DNA from: the human T2T-CHM13v2.0 reference genome, Homo sapiens
DNA: 64,000 nucleotides
NCBI RefSeq assembly: GCF_009914755.1
Contig: NC_060927.1
Strand: one strand, 5' to 3'
The position numbers were made by a program, and so were the translations under genes. Numbering within the stretch: the first letter of the stretch is position 1; every line of letters begins with the position of its first letter. The notes under the pieces were generated by a model that was not told the origin of the DNA, searched no databases, and was given only the letters and a program-made list of their open reading frames with translations. This document shows positions 13,076 to 27,101 of the stretch, in pieces.

Positions 13076-16000
13076 TTAAAAATAAAATCTGCTAGTATAA
13101 TCTACATATATGATTTTAAAGTAAAATTTTAAATTTTATTTAGAATAAATAATTTAATAATTAATAATTAAAATTAATAATTTTAAAAAATTTATTTTTA
13201 TTTAAAAAGGGTATTATGCTGAGTGAAAAAGCCACTCTCAAAAGGCCACACACTGAATAATTCCATGTGTACAGCATTCTCAAAAATCACAAAAATATAG
13301 AGATGGAACACAGTGGTTGTTAGAGGTTACCTGGGAAGCGGGGGGAAAGGGATAGGAGGTGTGATTATAAAGGGGTAGCATCAGAGAGATCTTTGTGGTT
13401 TTGGACTGGTTCTGTATTGTGATTGCAGTTACAGGAATCTCATATGTGATGAAATGGCATCTGACTACACACACATTGTACTAATGTCAATTTCTGGGCT
13501 TTAATGCTGTACTAACGTTACATAACAATGTCAATACTAGGGGAAACAGGGTGAAGGGTACACAAGACCTCTCTCTATTGTCTTTGCAACTTCCTGTGAG
13601 TCTATAATTGTTTCAAAATGAAAGGGTTTTTTTGTTTGTTTGTTTGTTTTTAAAAGATCCCCAGGTGATTTAAGTACACACAAAATTTTGGAAACAATGA
13701 CTCTGTTTGTTTACCTCAGTCACAAATGTGAAATAAATAGGAATAGAGTTATTATTTGTTCAGATGGTTCGGTAACAACCTAGTCACCTGGGGAGCCAAA
13801 TAAAGAAAAAGAAACCCAGGCTTCAGACTAAATCAGATTCTGGGCTGAGCGCAGTGGCTCATGCCCATAATCCCAGGCAGGAGAATTGCTTGAAATAAGC
13901 CTGGACAACATAAAGAAATCCCATCTCTACAAAAAATAAAAAAATTAGCCAGGCATGGTGGCAAGTCCCTGTGGTTCAGCTATTCTGGAGGTGGAGGCAG
14001 GAGGACCACTGAGCCTAAGAGGTCAAGGCTGCAGTAAACTGCAGTTGTGCCACTGCACTCCGGTCTGGGTGACAGAGCAATACCTTGTCTCTAAATTAAT
14101 CGGTCAATCAATCAATCAGGTTCTAACAAAGTGGCACTTGAGATTTTGCATTTTTCACACTCTCAGGTGAGGAGCAAGGACAAATTTCTGCCAAGGAATT
14201 AGACTGAAAAGATGTAGTGCCACATATGTGCATGCTTTTGTTAATATGTATGAGAAAAGTGGTCACTAATCTAGTCTTTTTCTTTTCTGTATCATCATGG
14301 AATAGTCAGTAACTAGTATCCCTAGGAATCATTATGAGGCTCCAAATCGTTCTGAGAAAAGAAATATATTTGTAAACACAAGTACATAAAATATTTACAA
14401 ATATTTCTGTGATCATCAAATACATCTTCATTGGGAGGAAGAGTACTGAAGACAATAAAACAGCCTTCACAAATACACAGGGGGCTGTGAAAAGAGAAGT
14501 GTAAGTCATTCTTATACTAACTGGAGTTGGGGTGAAGAGTCCTTTGCTCTCTGTCGGCAAAGCTGTGAGTCCAGATCTGCTGAGAGCCATCCCCTTACCC
14601 TGACACATCCTCTCTAGTCCTTCCCACCCCACAGAGCTCTGATAAATCCCATCCACGGGGCAGGGAGAGTGAATCAGAGGCACAAAGAGAAACAGAAAAA
14701 AGGAAACAGAAAACTTGGTTTCAATTGTTTTCACTTGTCCTCTTTCCTGTCTCATTACAATTTTTAAGATAATGCTTTACTTATATCAAAGTAATATATG
14801 TACATATTTTTTAAAAGTCCAGTAGTTTTTGGCATTTGTTTGTTTGCTTATTTGTTTGTTTGAGATGGAGTCTTGCTCTGTCCCCCAGGCTGGAGTGCAG
14901 TGGCATGATCTCGGCTCACTACAACCTCCGCCTCCCGGGTTCAAGCGATTCTCCTGCCTGTCTCCCGAGTAGCTGGGATTACAGGTGCACACCACCATGC
15001 CCGGCTAATTTTTTGCATTTTTAGTAGAGACAGGTTTCACCATGTTGGTCAGGCTTCTCTCAAACTCCTGACCTTAAGTGATCTGCCCGCCTCGGCCTCC
15101 CAAAATGCTGGGATTATAGGCATGAGCCACCGTGCCTGGCAAGTCCAATAGTTTCATAAGGTTTCTAATATACAGCAGCAGTCCCTCCCTCCACCCCTCC
15201 TCATACCCAGTTTCTGCCCTGCCAATGGCAGCCACTTCCAACTCTTTTGGCTATAGTGTCTGACACTTTACTCCATATTCCAGACATCATGATTATATAG
15301 GAATTTGATATTTCAAGTTCAGATATCTTCTACTGGTATCCTATTCCTGATCAAAAGGGTTTAGATCTCTTCTACCTCCATCTGTTTATGTGGGAAAACC
15401 ACCCTCACAACATGCACACACCCACACCCAAACACTCACTTCCTTATGTTTTTTTTTATTATTCTTGTTAAATATTTAGTATTTATATTATAGCAACTAT
15501 CTAAATACATATTGCTGTTACCTGAGCCACTTCACTTTTAATTTTCCTTGGAGTTTATATGTGCTTCATTTGGCTTAATTTTCTAATTCATTTCAAGCTC
15601 TGTGCTAGAAGTATAAACCTCCTTTTGGTGCTTTTAAAAATACTGTGTATTCTACTTTGTTTGTTTTTAAATTTAGACATGTCTGGAGCTCTCCACCATT
15701 CCGTTTTAATTTCGATTTTTAAAATTCTAGGCCTGCTACATTATTGTATTCTGGGAATTATATTTACCATCATCCTGGCAATTCTCATTTTTCTTTTGTG
15801 TTGTTACTGGAGCTCACATATTTCTTTCTTGATTCACCCTCTCTTTCAATAGAGTATATTATCCAGAGCTTCCTGAAAAACAATTTGTTACAGTAAGGGT
15901 TTTAAAGCCTTGGTTGTCTTTATGCTACCCTTATTTGATTGATAGTATGTTAGCTATAGAATTCTAGATTGGATTTCATTTTCCCTTGGAAATTTGAAGA

Positions 16001-17091
16001 TATTGCTTCATCATCGTCCAGTTTTCTATGCTTTGTATGTGTTCTACCCCCTTCTCCATTCCTTGAGTTTTAAAATCTTCTCTTTAATCCTGATGTTCTA
16101 AAATCTCACAATGCTCCATCAAGGCGTAGGAATTTTTTTTCCATTTATTTTGCTGGGCACTCTATGGATCCTTCAATCTGGACTCATGAGCTTTTATTCT
16201 GAGAAAGTTTCTAATACTTTTTCCTGATTATTTTCTCCTCTCTTTTCTATGTTCTGTCATTTTGGAACTCCTCATTTGAGCATTGGATCTGCTCAAATGA
16301 TCCAACTTCCTCATATTATTTTTTAAACTTTTGTTGATTTAATTGTTTTTTTCCGTGTCACCCACACTGGAGTGCAGTGACACAATCTTGGCTCACTGCA
16401 GCCTTGACCTCCCAGGTTCAAGCCACCCTCCCACCTCAGCCTCTTGACTAGCTGGAACTGCAGGTCCATGCCCAGCTAATTTTTGTAGAGGCAGAGTTTT
16501 ACCATGTTGCCCAAGCTGGTCTCAAACTCCTGAGCTCAAGACATCCACTAGCCTCAGCCTCCCAAAGTGCTGAGATTACAGGCATCAACCATTGCACCCG
16601 GTCCCTAATCTAACTAGTAATTTAGCTAATGCATTTTTAATTATCAAAAACGTTTTCTTGATTGTTGAATGTTCCTTTTTTAGTTTAGTTTTGTTTTTTT
16701 TTTTCCTATTTCATGGCTCAAAATCTTCTTCTCCCTGGATTGTCTCTTTTCTTCTAATTTAAAAAAAAAAAACAGTGTTTATTTTCTTTCTTGTTGAATG
16801 CTTTTCCCAAATCTCTTATGGTCCTTGGGTACTGCCCACATTTAAGAGTAAGTAAGGCTCTACAAAGCTGTTTGGGAGCACAGTGGTAGCCTTTATTGTA
16901 GGGTGATCAGGCCAGGACCCAGCTATTTTCCTGGGGGCCCACATTGTCCCCTGCCCATAACTAAAGTTTTTTCCCTTCGATTCTCTGGTTTCCCAAGGGA
17001 GGAATCATCCTGTTTCTAAGTCTGTAAGCCAGTCTTCTGACAGCTGAGTCAGGGAAGGGGGCTGAAGTCTAACTATAGAAATGCAGACTTT

Positions 17092-17792
17092 ATCCAGTTT
17101 ATCACTGATGGGCATTTGGGTTGATTGCATGTCTTTACTATTGTGAATAGTGCTGCAATGAACATATGCATGCATCTTTATAATAGAATGATTTATATTC
17201 CTTTGGGTATATACCCAGTAATGGGATTGCTGGGTCATATGGTGTTTCTGATTCTAAGTCTTTGAGGAATGGCCACACTGTCTTCCACAATGGTTTAACT
17301 AATTTACATTCCCACCAACAGTGTAAAAGTGTTTTCTCCACAGCCTTGCCAGCTTCTGTTGTTTCTTGACTGCATAAAGAAACTGTGGTACATATACACC
17401 ATGGAATACTATGCAACCATAAAAAGGAACAAGATCATGTCCTTTGCAGGGACATGGATGAAGCTGGAAGCCATTATCCTCAGCAAACTAACGCAGAAAC
17501 AGAAAACCAAACACTGCATGTTTTCACTTATAAGTGGGAGCTGAACAATGAGAACACATAAACACAGGGAGGGGAACAACACTTACTGGAGCCCGTCAGG
17601 AGAGGGTGGAGGAGGGGCAGAGCATTAGGGAAAAGAGCTAATGCATGCTGGGTTTAATACCTAGGTGTTGGGTTGATAGGTGCAGCAAACCATCATGGCA
17701 CACGTTTACCTATGTAACAAACCTGCACATCCTGCACATGTACCCTGGAACTTAAAAAAAAAAAAATAAAAGAATTATAAAGAAAAAAAAGA
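17092..17792 (+). mobile_element. 5'-truncated, 5'-inverted L1PA (older primate subfamily)
   Basis: Minus-strand L1 piece at 17092-17371 joined to a plus-strand L1 3' end at 17368-~17755, then an A-rich tail. TSD AAATGCAGACTTT (17079-17091) / AAATGCAAACTTT (17793-17805). Confidence 0.9.
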
Positions 17793-18225
17793 AAATGCAA
17801 ACTTTCTGTCAGTTCCTTTTTAGTAGGATCTTTCTTCTGTTTGCTACTCCTCATATTTCTAAATCCAGAATCTCTCTAATTCTCTCTAGAAAGTAAAGCT
17901 TCAATCCTCTCTTGGGGTGAGAAGTTGTAGCCTGGCTATGTAGAGAAAGAGTTCTAAAGGCCTGACTGCTTTCTTTCATTTTTATGCAGACTTCCTCATG
18001 TTTTTAGTCCCAGTCATACCCACTCTTGCCTGTTGTGTCTAATTCAAACCTTTCCAGAATTCTGCTATGAAAATCAGCCTGCTTCTTGGGAGTCACCCTC
18101 CTATAAGCAGTTAGATTTAAGAAAATGAAAACCAGCCTTACTGGTAATCAGCCTGTGATATTCCTAACAGAACATGAACAATGTTTCCAAGGAATATGAG
18201 CAAGGTCATAGAAACAACTTTTCTA

Positions 18226-18414
<189 letters not shown>

Positions 18415-21400
18415 CTACAAAAAATAATAATAATAAAATAAAAATAAAAAATAGCCAGGATTGCTGGCACACACCTGTAGTCTTAGCTACTCAGGAGGCT
18501 GAAGCAGTAGAATCCCTTGAGCCCAGGAGGTCAAGGCTGCAGTAGGCTATGATTGCACCTACTGCACTTGAGCCTGGGTAACAGAGCAAGATCCTGTCTC
18601 TAAATAAATAAGTAAAACTTTAAAAAAAAAAAAAAGACTAACAATCTTTTCTTCTAAGTGACTGCTGCTTTGTTACCAATGACATCCTCAGTCTGAGTTT
18701 GTTCCTCAGCCTCCTGAAAAAAATGTCTGAGATATCCAATTGCTGAAATTCCCCCACTTCTTGGCTATATCCCACTCACAGTTGGCAGCCCAATTCCTAA
18801 TCCTTATGCAGCACAAATCTAGTCCTATAAGGAGCCCCTGCCTGTTCCCTATGCTCACTTACTGAGATGCTTCCAAGGTTCCTCTGAGGTGTATTCTCCC
18901 TTGCTGCAGCAAACTAAATGAACATAACTTGTTTAACTCCAGTTGTGTTCCTGGTGATCCCTGGCTGGTGGACTTTGACAGAACTTGGCTTTCTGTGGTC
19001 TGCTAAGTAAGTTAACTCTTGTATTAAATATATCCATTTTGCAGGTTCTGAAGTATTCATGACCTCTCTCCCTCTAATGTTGACACAAGTTACATTCTCT
19101 GTGTCCTTTTTCTCCCACTTGTATGTGAACCAATATGTTACTGTTGAAATTGAATTTCTATCACTTGCAACAGCTACCTGATAGTGTTACTAGCAGACAA
19201 TACACTGAAACAGGAATCATAAATGAATAAATCTGAAACCCTGTGCTATGCAAATAAGCTATGACAATGAATTTACAGTATATGGTCTATCCCCAGATTG
19301 GCTCCTTCTATGAAGTGTCTGACCTGCCTACTAAACTCCAACTGTACATCAAATTCAACAAGACCAAAACTTAACTCATCCTCTTTCCCCAGCAGACTTG
19401 CTCCCCATCCTGCATTACCTATGCCAGTTAATCTGCCACTTAGTCACACAAGCCAGACTCTGGGAATTCCTTCTAGACTGTTCCCTCTTCCTCACCTCCA
19501 AACACTCTGTTATAACCAAGTTCTGACTCTTTCACTTCCTATTTCTTGAATTTGTCTGGTTCTTATGTCCTTAATACCATTGATCTATTTCAAAGTCTTT
19601 ATCTTCTGCCACCTAGAACAATGCAATAGTTTCTAACTCTTCCATCTCCAGGGAAACAACCCTTATTCCACATCACTGTGGCTAGAAATCCGTTGCTAAT
19701 GCACTGTTGCTTGTACTAGAATACAAATGCAATGGTTATTCCCCCATTTATCAATGGCTTCCTGTTGGCTATAAGACAAAGTCTAAGCTTCTTAATAAGC
19801 CATACAAAACCCTCTCAGACCTGGTCCCTGCCCATTTTGCCTGTCTCTAAACACATTCAATTTCAAATTTAACCCCTTCTTCCAGAAATGTCAAGACATG
19901 TATGTTACTCATTGTCTTTATTTATGCATTCCCTTTGGCCAATAAACTTCCCCCTCTTTGTCACTTAGCTGATTCCTACAAGTCCTCCAAGAAAACTTCC
20001 CTACCCTGCATCCCCCCACCCAGTAACATGTCCAATCCAGAAGACTATTAGTTTATCGTAATCTTTGAGAACCTTTGTTTTATTCAGCTTTGTATTCCTC
20101 AGTGAGTAGCATAACCACAGGCATATAATGTGCATTTTATAAATAATGTTGATATTTTCTAACATGGATAATCCTATGAGATGGGAATTATCAACACTCC
20201 TCTTTCTCCCTCTCTCTCTCATAAATTTAAGAAGGCTGTTTTATGAATTTGTAAATACTGCTTTTAGTGAATAATAACACATCAATATTGATTTATTAGT
20301 TGAGACAAGTGTACCGAAGTTATGTAAGATGTCAATAATTGTTAAAACTAAGTGAGAAGTATTAGATAACTCTCTGTACTATCTTTGCAATTTTTCTGTA
20401 AATCTAAAGCTATTCTAAAAATAAAAGATTCATTTTATTTTTTAGAGATGAGGCCTAGCTATGTTGCCCAGGCTGGAGTTCAGTCGCTATTCCCAGGTGC
20501 GATTATAGCCTTGAACTCCGACCTCAAGCGATCCTCCTGCCTCAACCTCCCAAGTAGCTGGGACTACAGACATGTGCCACCACACCTGGCTTGGAAGCCT
20601 TATTTTAAAAATGGATCAAGGATTTGGCAGAAAACAAAAATAATTTTGAATTTGTACTATCCATAGATATTTGATAAGAACTGTTGCTTGCTATAAATAA
20701 TGTTAGCAAAAGCTTACAAAAAATCAAATAGATATCTATTAAGTTGTTTTACTTTTTCTATTTTTAGTGTATCTATGCCATTAAATTTGAAGTGTATTTT
20801 GTATTTGTTTTTTTAGAAATGGGGGCTTCGCTATGTTGTCCAGGCTCGTCCTGAACTCCTAGACTCAAGTGATCCTCCTTCCTCAGCTTCCCAAAGTGCT
20901 GGGATTACAGGTGTGAGTCACTTTGCCCAGCCTGAAGTGAATTTATTATAAACATAACATTGTTGGATCAATTTTCTTAATCTGCTCTGACAACCTCTCT
21001 CTGTTAATAGCATATTTAGACCATTTGCATTGAAAGTAATTATTGATATGTTAGGGCTTAAATCTGCTATTTAAATTTTGTTTTCTGTCTGTTTCCTCTG
21101 TTTCTCTTTTCTTAACTTCTTGTGGGTTATTTGATTTTTAATTTTTTTCTCTTGATTTATTTGTAGTGTTTTTGAGTATATCTTTTTGTGTAGTTTCCTT
21201 AGTGTTTGCTCTAGTTATTGCAATATACATATGCAACTTACCATAGCCTACTCATATGAATGGTGTTTGACAAACTCACTTGATGTTTGACCACTTTGAG
21301 TGAAATGTAGAAGCCGAATTTCATTTAGGTCCCTTTACCCTCTCCATTTTTCAAATACTATTATCTTCTGCATTTCCTCTTCACATAATGAGCACCAAAT

Positions 21401-22039
21401 TGCATGTTATAATCTTTGCTTCAACACATAAAAACACTTACACACACAAACACACCTTGTGCATATGTGATTTCATATTCATGCTAGTGTGTTTTAAGGA
21501 TAAATTTCTAGAAGTGAGATTTATTAATCAAATGGCAAATTTATCTGTAATTTTGCTAGTATTGTTCAAATCTTGCGTCAAGGGGTGTATCATTTTACAT
21601 TCATGAAATTGCTTATTTCCCTACAATCTCTCTAAAAGAGTTTTTGGTTTTTTGTTTGTTTGTTTTTTAAGATAGGGTCTCACTCTGTCACCCGGGCTGG
21701 AGTGCAGTGACATGATTTCGTCTCCCTATAGCCTTGATCTCCCAGGCTCAAGTGATCCTCCCACCTTAGCCTCCAAGTAGCTAGGACTACAGGCACGTGA
21801 CACCACGTCTGGCTAATTTTTGTAGAGATTGGGGTTTCGTCATGTTGCCCAGGCTGGTCTTGAACTTCTGAGCTCAAGTAATCCCCCTGCCTCGGCCTCC
21901 CAAATTGCTGAGATTACAAGCCTGGCCCGCCACGCTCAGCCTAAATTGTTTTATTTATGCCAATGTGCCAGTGAGAAGTGAGAGCTCAAGGTAGTTTTAA
22001 TTTATATTCAAATTCTTATGAATTAATTTAAGCATTTAA

Positions 22040-22321
<282 letters not shown>

Positions 22322-23114
22322 TAGCCAGGATAGTCTTGATCTCCTGACCTCGTAATCTGCCCACCTCGGCCTCCCAAAGTGCTGGGATTACAGGGGTGAG
22401 CCACCGCGGGAGCTTTCTGATAGCCCCTTATAACTAACTCTGCCTACATGTATTTCATCGATCAGACCTGCATCTTTATTCTTCTTCTTCTTCTTTTTTT
22501 TTTTTTTAAGACAGAATCTTGCTCTGTTGCCCAGGCTGGAGTGCAGTGTCATGATCATAGCCCACTGTAATCTCAAGCTCCTGGGCTCAAACCAGCCTCC
22601 CAGCTCAGCTTTCTGAGTAGCTAGAACTGCAGGCATATTCCACCATGCCCCACAAGTTTTTTAATTTTTTGTGGAGATGGAGCGTCTCTATGTTGCCCAG
22701 GCTGGTCTCGAACTCCTGGGCTCAAATTTCTGGCTTCAAGCCATTTTACCACCTCAGCCTCCAAAAGTGTTGGGATTACAGGCATGAACCACTGCACTCG
22801 GCCCAGACCTGCAACTTAATACCACCCTTATCTGTAAGAGAGGCTGAAAAACATAGTTTTTTAAAAAAATGGTCACACTGTAGTCCTCAGTAAAATCAGG
22901 ATTTAGTTCACAAGGAAGAGAGTGAGATGTATGCTGCTTAGGGAACTCTCAATCTTGGTTTAACCTTTAATTTTCACAGGTCCTTACAGGGAAAGAAAAT
23001 TAAGCAGCCAGAGAAGCAAGAAATATTACAAGTGATAAGCTAGGAAAGTATGATCAAATTACCTGTGTTGTACTTAATAATGTTTTGTTTCTCCTTGAAA
23101 AATATGAATTTCCT

Positions 23115-23424
23115 GGCCGGGCGCGGTGGCTCACACCTGTAATCCCAGCACTTTGGGAGGCCGAGGCGGGCAGATCACAAGGTCAGGAGATCGAGAACAT
23201 CCTGGCTAACTTACGGTGAAACCCCGTCTCTACTAAAAATACAAAAAATTAACCGGGCGAGGTGGCGGGCGCCTGTAGTCCCAACTACTCAGGAGGCTGA
23301 GGCAGGAGAATGGCGTGAACCCCGGGGGGCGGAGCCTGCAGTGAGCCAAGATCGCCCCACTGCACTCCAGCCTGGGCGACAGCGAGACTCCGTCTCAAAA
23401 AAAAAAAAAAAAAAAAAAAAGGAA
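23115..23424 (+). mobile_element. Young AluY (AluYe-like diagnostics) with perfect 18-bp TSD
   Basis: CpG-rich Alu with GGGCGAGGTGG, CCCGGGGGGCGGAGCCTGCAG and GACAGCGAGACTCC, and a pure A tail. TSD GAAAAATATGAATTTCCT at 23097-23114 and 23425-23442. Confidence 0.85.
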
Positions 23425-24360
23425 GAAAAATATGAATTTCCTTATTGTAATGGAGCCAAATAAATTCATAAAAACAGATCCTCTTTGTCCCTATAAAGCT
23501 AGTTACTCTATTTTAAATGTTTGTCTGCTTTTTTGCAAACTGGCAGAGAAAGACTCAGAGATGCAAGATTCTTTACAATGCAGATCTTTGGAGTTCTGTT
23601 CATAACAAAACTTTTTACATTTAAAAGAAAAATATATAAATTCATCTTTCACAAATCAATGGCATGAAAAAGTGGGAAGGGTTTATTCCCGCTTAAATGA
23701 AACTAAAGAGATATGACAACTAGGTTTGATGTATGGACCTCGTTTAGATCTTGGTTTTGAACAACCAACTGGAAAAAGACATTTGCGGGACAAAGAAATA
23801 TCAGTACTAGAGGATATTAAGGAATTAGCGTTATTTTTTGTTAGGTGTGAAAATGACTGATGTTCACGTAAGAAGATATAATGTTTTATAGAGAAGTACA
23901 TAGAAGTAAAATGACCTGATGTTTCCTTCAAATGCCACAGAAGCTGGGTGCAGTGGCTCATGCCTGTAATCCCAGCAGTTTAGGAGGCCAAGGGAGGAGG
24001 ATTGTTTGAGATCAGCCTGATGAACATAGCAAGATCCTGTCTTTACAAAAATATTTTAAAAATTAGCTAGGTCTAGTGGTGTGAGCCTGTATTCCTAACT
24101 GCTCAGGACGCTGAGGCAGGAGGAGCGATTGAGCCCAGGAGTTCAAAGTTACCAGTGAGCCATGATCACACCACTGCACTCCAGCTGGATAACAAACTGA
24201 GACTCTGTCTCTAAATAAATAAATACATAAATAGCCACAGGAAAGAGATAAAAAGAAAGAAGAAAGAAGGAAGGATGGATAGAGGAAGAGAGGACAGAAA
24301 AAACAGATACGGCCAGGCGCGGTGGCTCACACCTGTAATCCCAGCACTTTGGGAAGCTCA

Positions 24361-24585
<225 letters not shown>

Positions 24586-24927
24586 TCAGTGTCAATAAAA
24601 CAAAACAAAACAAAACAAAACAAAAAACAAAAAACAGAGAGATAAACCAGTAGAAGTATAGCCAATTTTTTATAATTATTGAAAACTGGGTGCTGAACAC
24701 AGAAGTTTCATTTATTATTCTCCCTATTCTTCTGTGTGTTTGAAAAAGCTTATAAAAGCCATAAAAATACCCAAAAGGCATGCAGATTAAAAACGGAAAA
24801 CATTCATTTAGCGGGATTATGGTCCAAACTACCCTTTGGATATACTAAACCTCATCATTTTTATGAGCAAATCAATTATACATAATCCATTTTAAAATTC
24901 TTAAATAAAGAGATTTTACATCCATGA

Positions 24928-25338
<411 letters not shown>

Positions 25339-25793
25339 TAATGGCTTAAAAATACCTGAAAACCTTGTAGCTTTAAGGGTGACTAAGTAAAGCTCATTTT
25401 AATGCTAGCTTTGTCCTTAAGATTCCACATCAATTTTCCGATTCGAAAATAAAGATTTTAAACTTCAAAACATAATTTTGGAAGGAATTAAAAATGAGAA
25501 AAAATGCCTACTAAGTAAGCCTTTTGCTATTAGGCAAACACACAGAATAAACTAAACATTGTATGAAGATTTACACTGTGCTAAGGATTTCATGCACTCC
25601 TTCCTTTTGTCCTTCATTCATACAATGCATACTTATTAGGAAATTACTGTGGGACAGTACCTTGCTAGTTTTTTATTAGACACACAAATTTTCTACCTTC
25701 ACAGAGCATACAGTCTACCAGAAAAGACACCACAGAGTCTTGTTCACCTACCCTGACCCACCTCACCCCCACCTTGCCCCAGCAAGGAGATTG

Positions 25794-25796
<3 letters not shown>

Positions 25797-25844
<48 letters not shown>
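25797..25844. repeat. (TG)24 microsatellite
   Basis: Uninterrupted TG run read directly. Confidence 0.97.
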
Positions 25845-25845
<1 letters not shown>

Positions 25846-26416
25846 TTAGCAATTATTACAAATAAGTACACCTTTGAGGTTGTTTTAAACTCTCATTAGC
25901 AATAACAGGAAAAACAAAGTGGCTAAGTTGGGCTACTCAAAGTTTGGACTAGATAAACTCTGGATATGCTTGATCATCAAAAGCAGCTCCGTTGGTTACC
26001 ATTTAGTATGTGGCACCACTTGGTGTAAGACTTGAGAACTGCAACATGAAAATTACAGTTCTAACAGATTTACAAAGATTTTCAATGTGTCCTTACAAGA
26101 CTGTCAGAAAAGAAAGTAAAACAGCCCGCTCCACAGTGGCTTAGAAGACAGTCATGAAAGAAAGTGAAAACAGCCACAATGGCCACCACAGTTATCTTGA
26201 AAATAGTAGGCTTTAATAAATGCTTCTTAAATGAATCCAAATGAAATCCAAAGGCACATTACTGAACTATAGATTTTTAATAGATTCTGTTCTTTAGACT
26301 CAGACTGTGGCTGAAGAAATGCATAAATTTAGCCCTTGTAACTATCAGGATAGGCTAGTGATTCTGAAATAACAAACAATCCCCAAAGCTTAACAGTTTA
26401 ACACAATAATGATTTG

Positions 26417-26717
26417 TGAAGGGGTGGGTTGCCCCTCCACACCTGTGGGCATTTCTCTTTAGGTGGAACGAGAGACTTGGAAAAGAAACAGACACAGAGA
26501 CAAAGTATAGAGAAAGAAAAAAGGGGGCCCAGGGAACCGGCGTTCAGCATACGGAGGATCCACGCCCGCCTCTGAGTTCCCTTAGTATTTATTGATCATT
26601 ATTGGGTGTTTCTCGGAGAGGGGGATGTGGCAGGATCATAGGATAATAGTGAAGAGAAGGTCAGCAGGTAAACATGTGAACGAAGGTCTCTGCATCATAA
26701 ACAAGGTAAAGAATTAA
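26417..26717 (-). mobile_element. HERV-K (HML-2) LTR5A/B 3' fragment (~300 bp)
   Basis: The reverse complement ends ...CACAGGTGTGGAGGGGCAACCCACCCCTTCA (LTR5 3' terminus) and contains GATCAATAAATACT. It is homologous to the SVA SINE-R at ~150-250. Confidence 0.85.
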
Positions 26718-27101
<384 letters not shown>

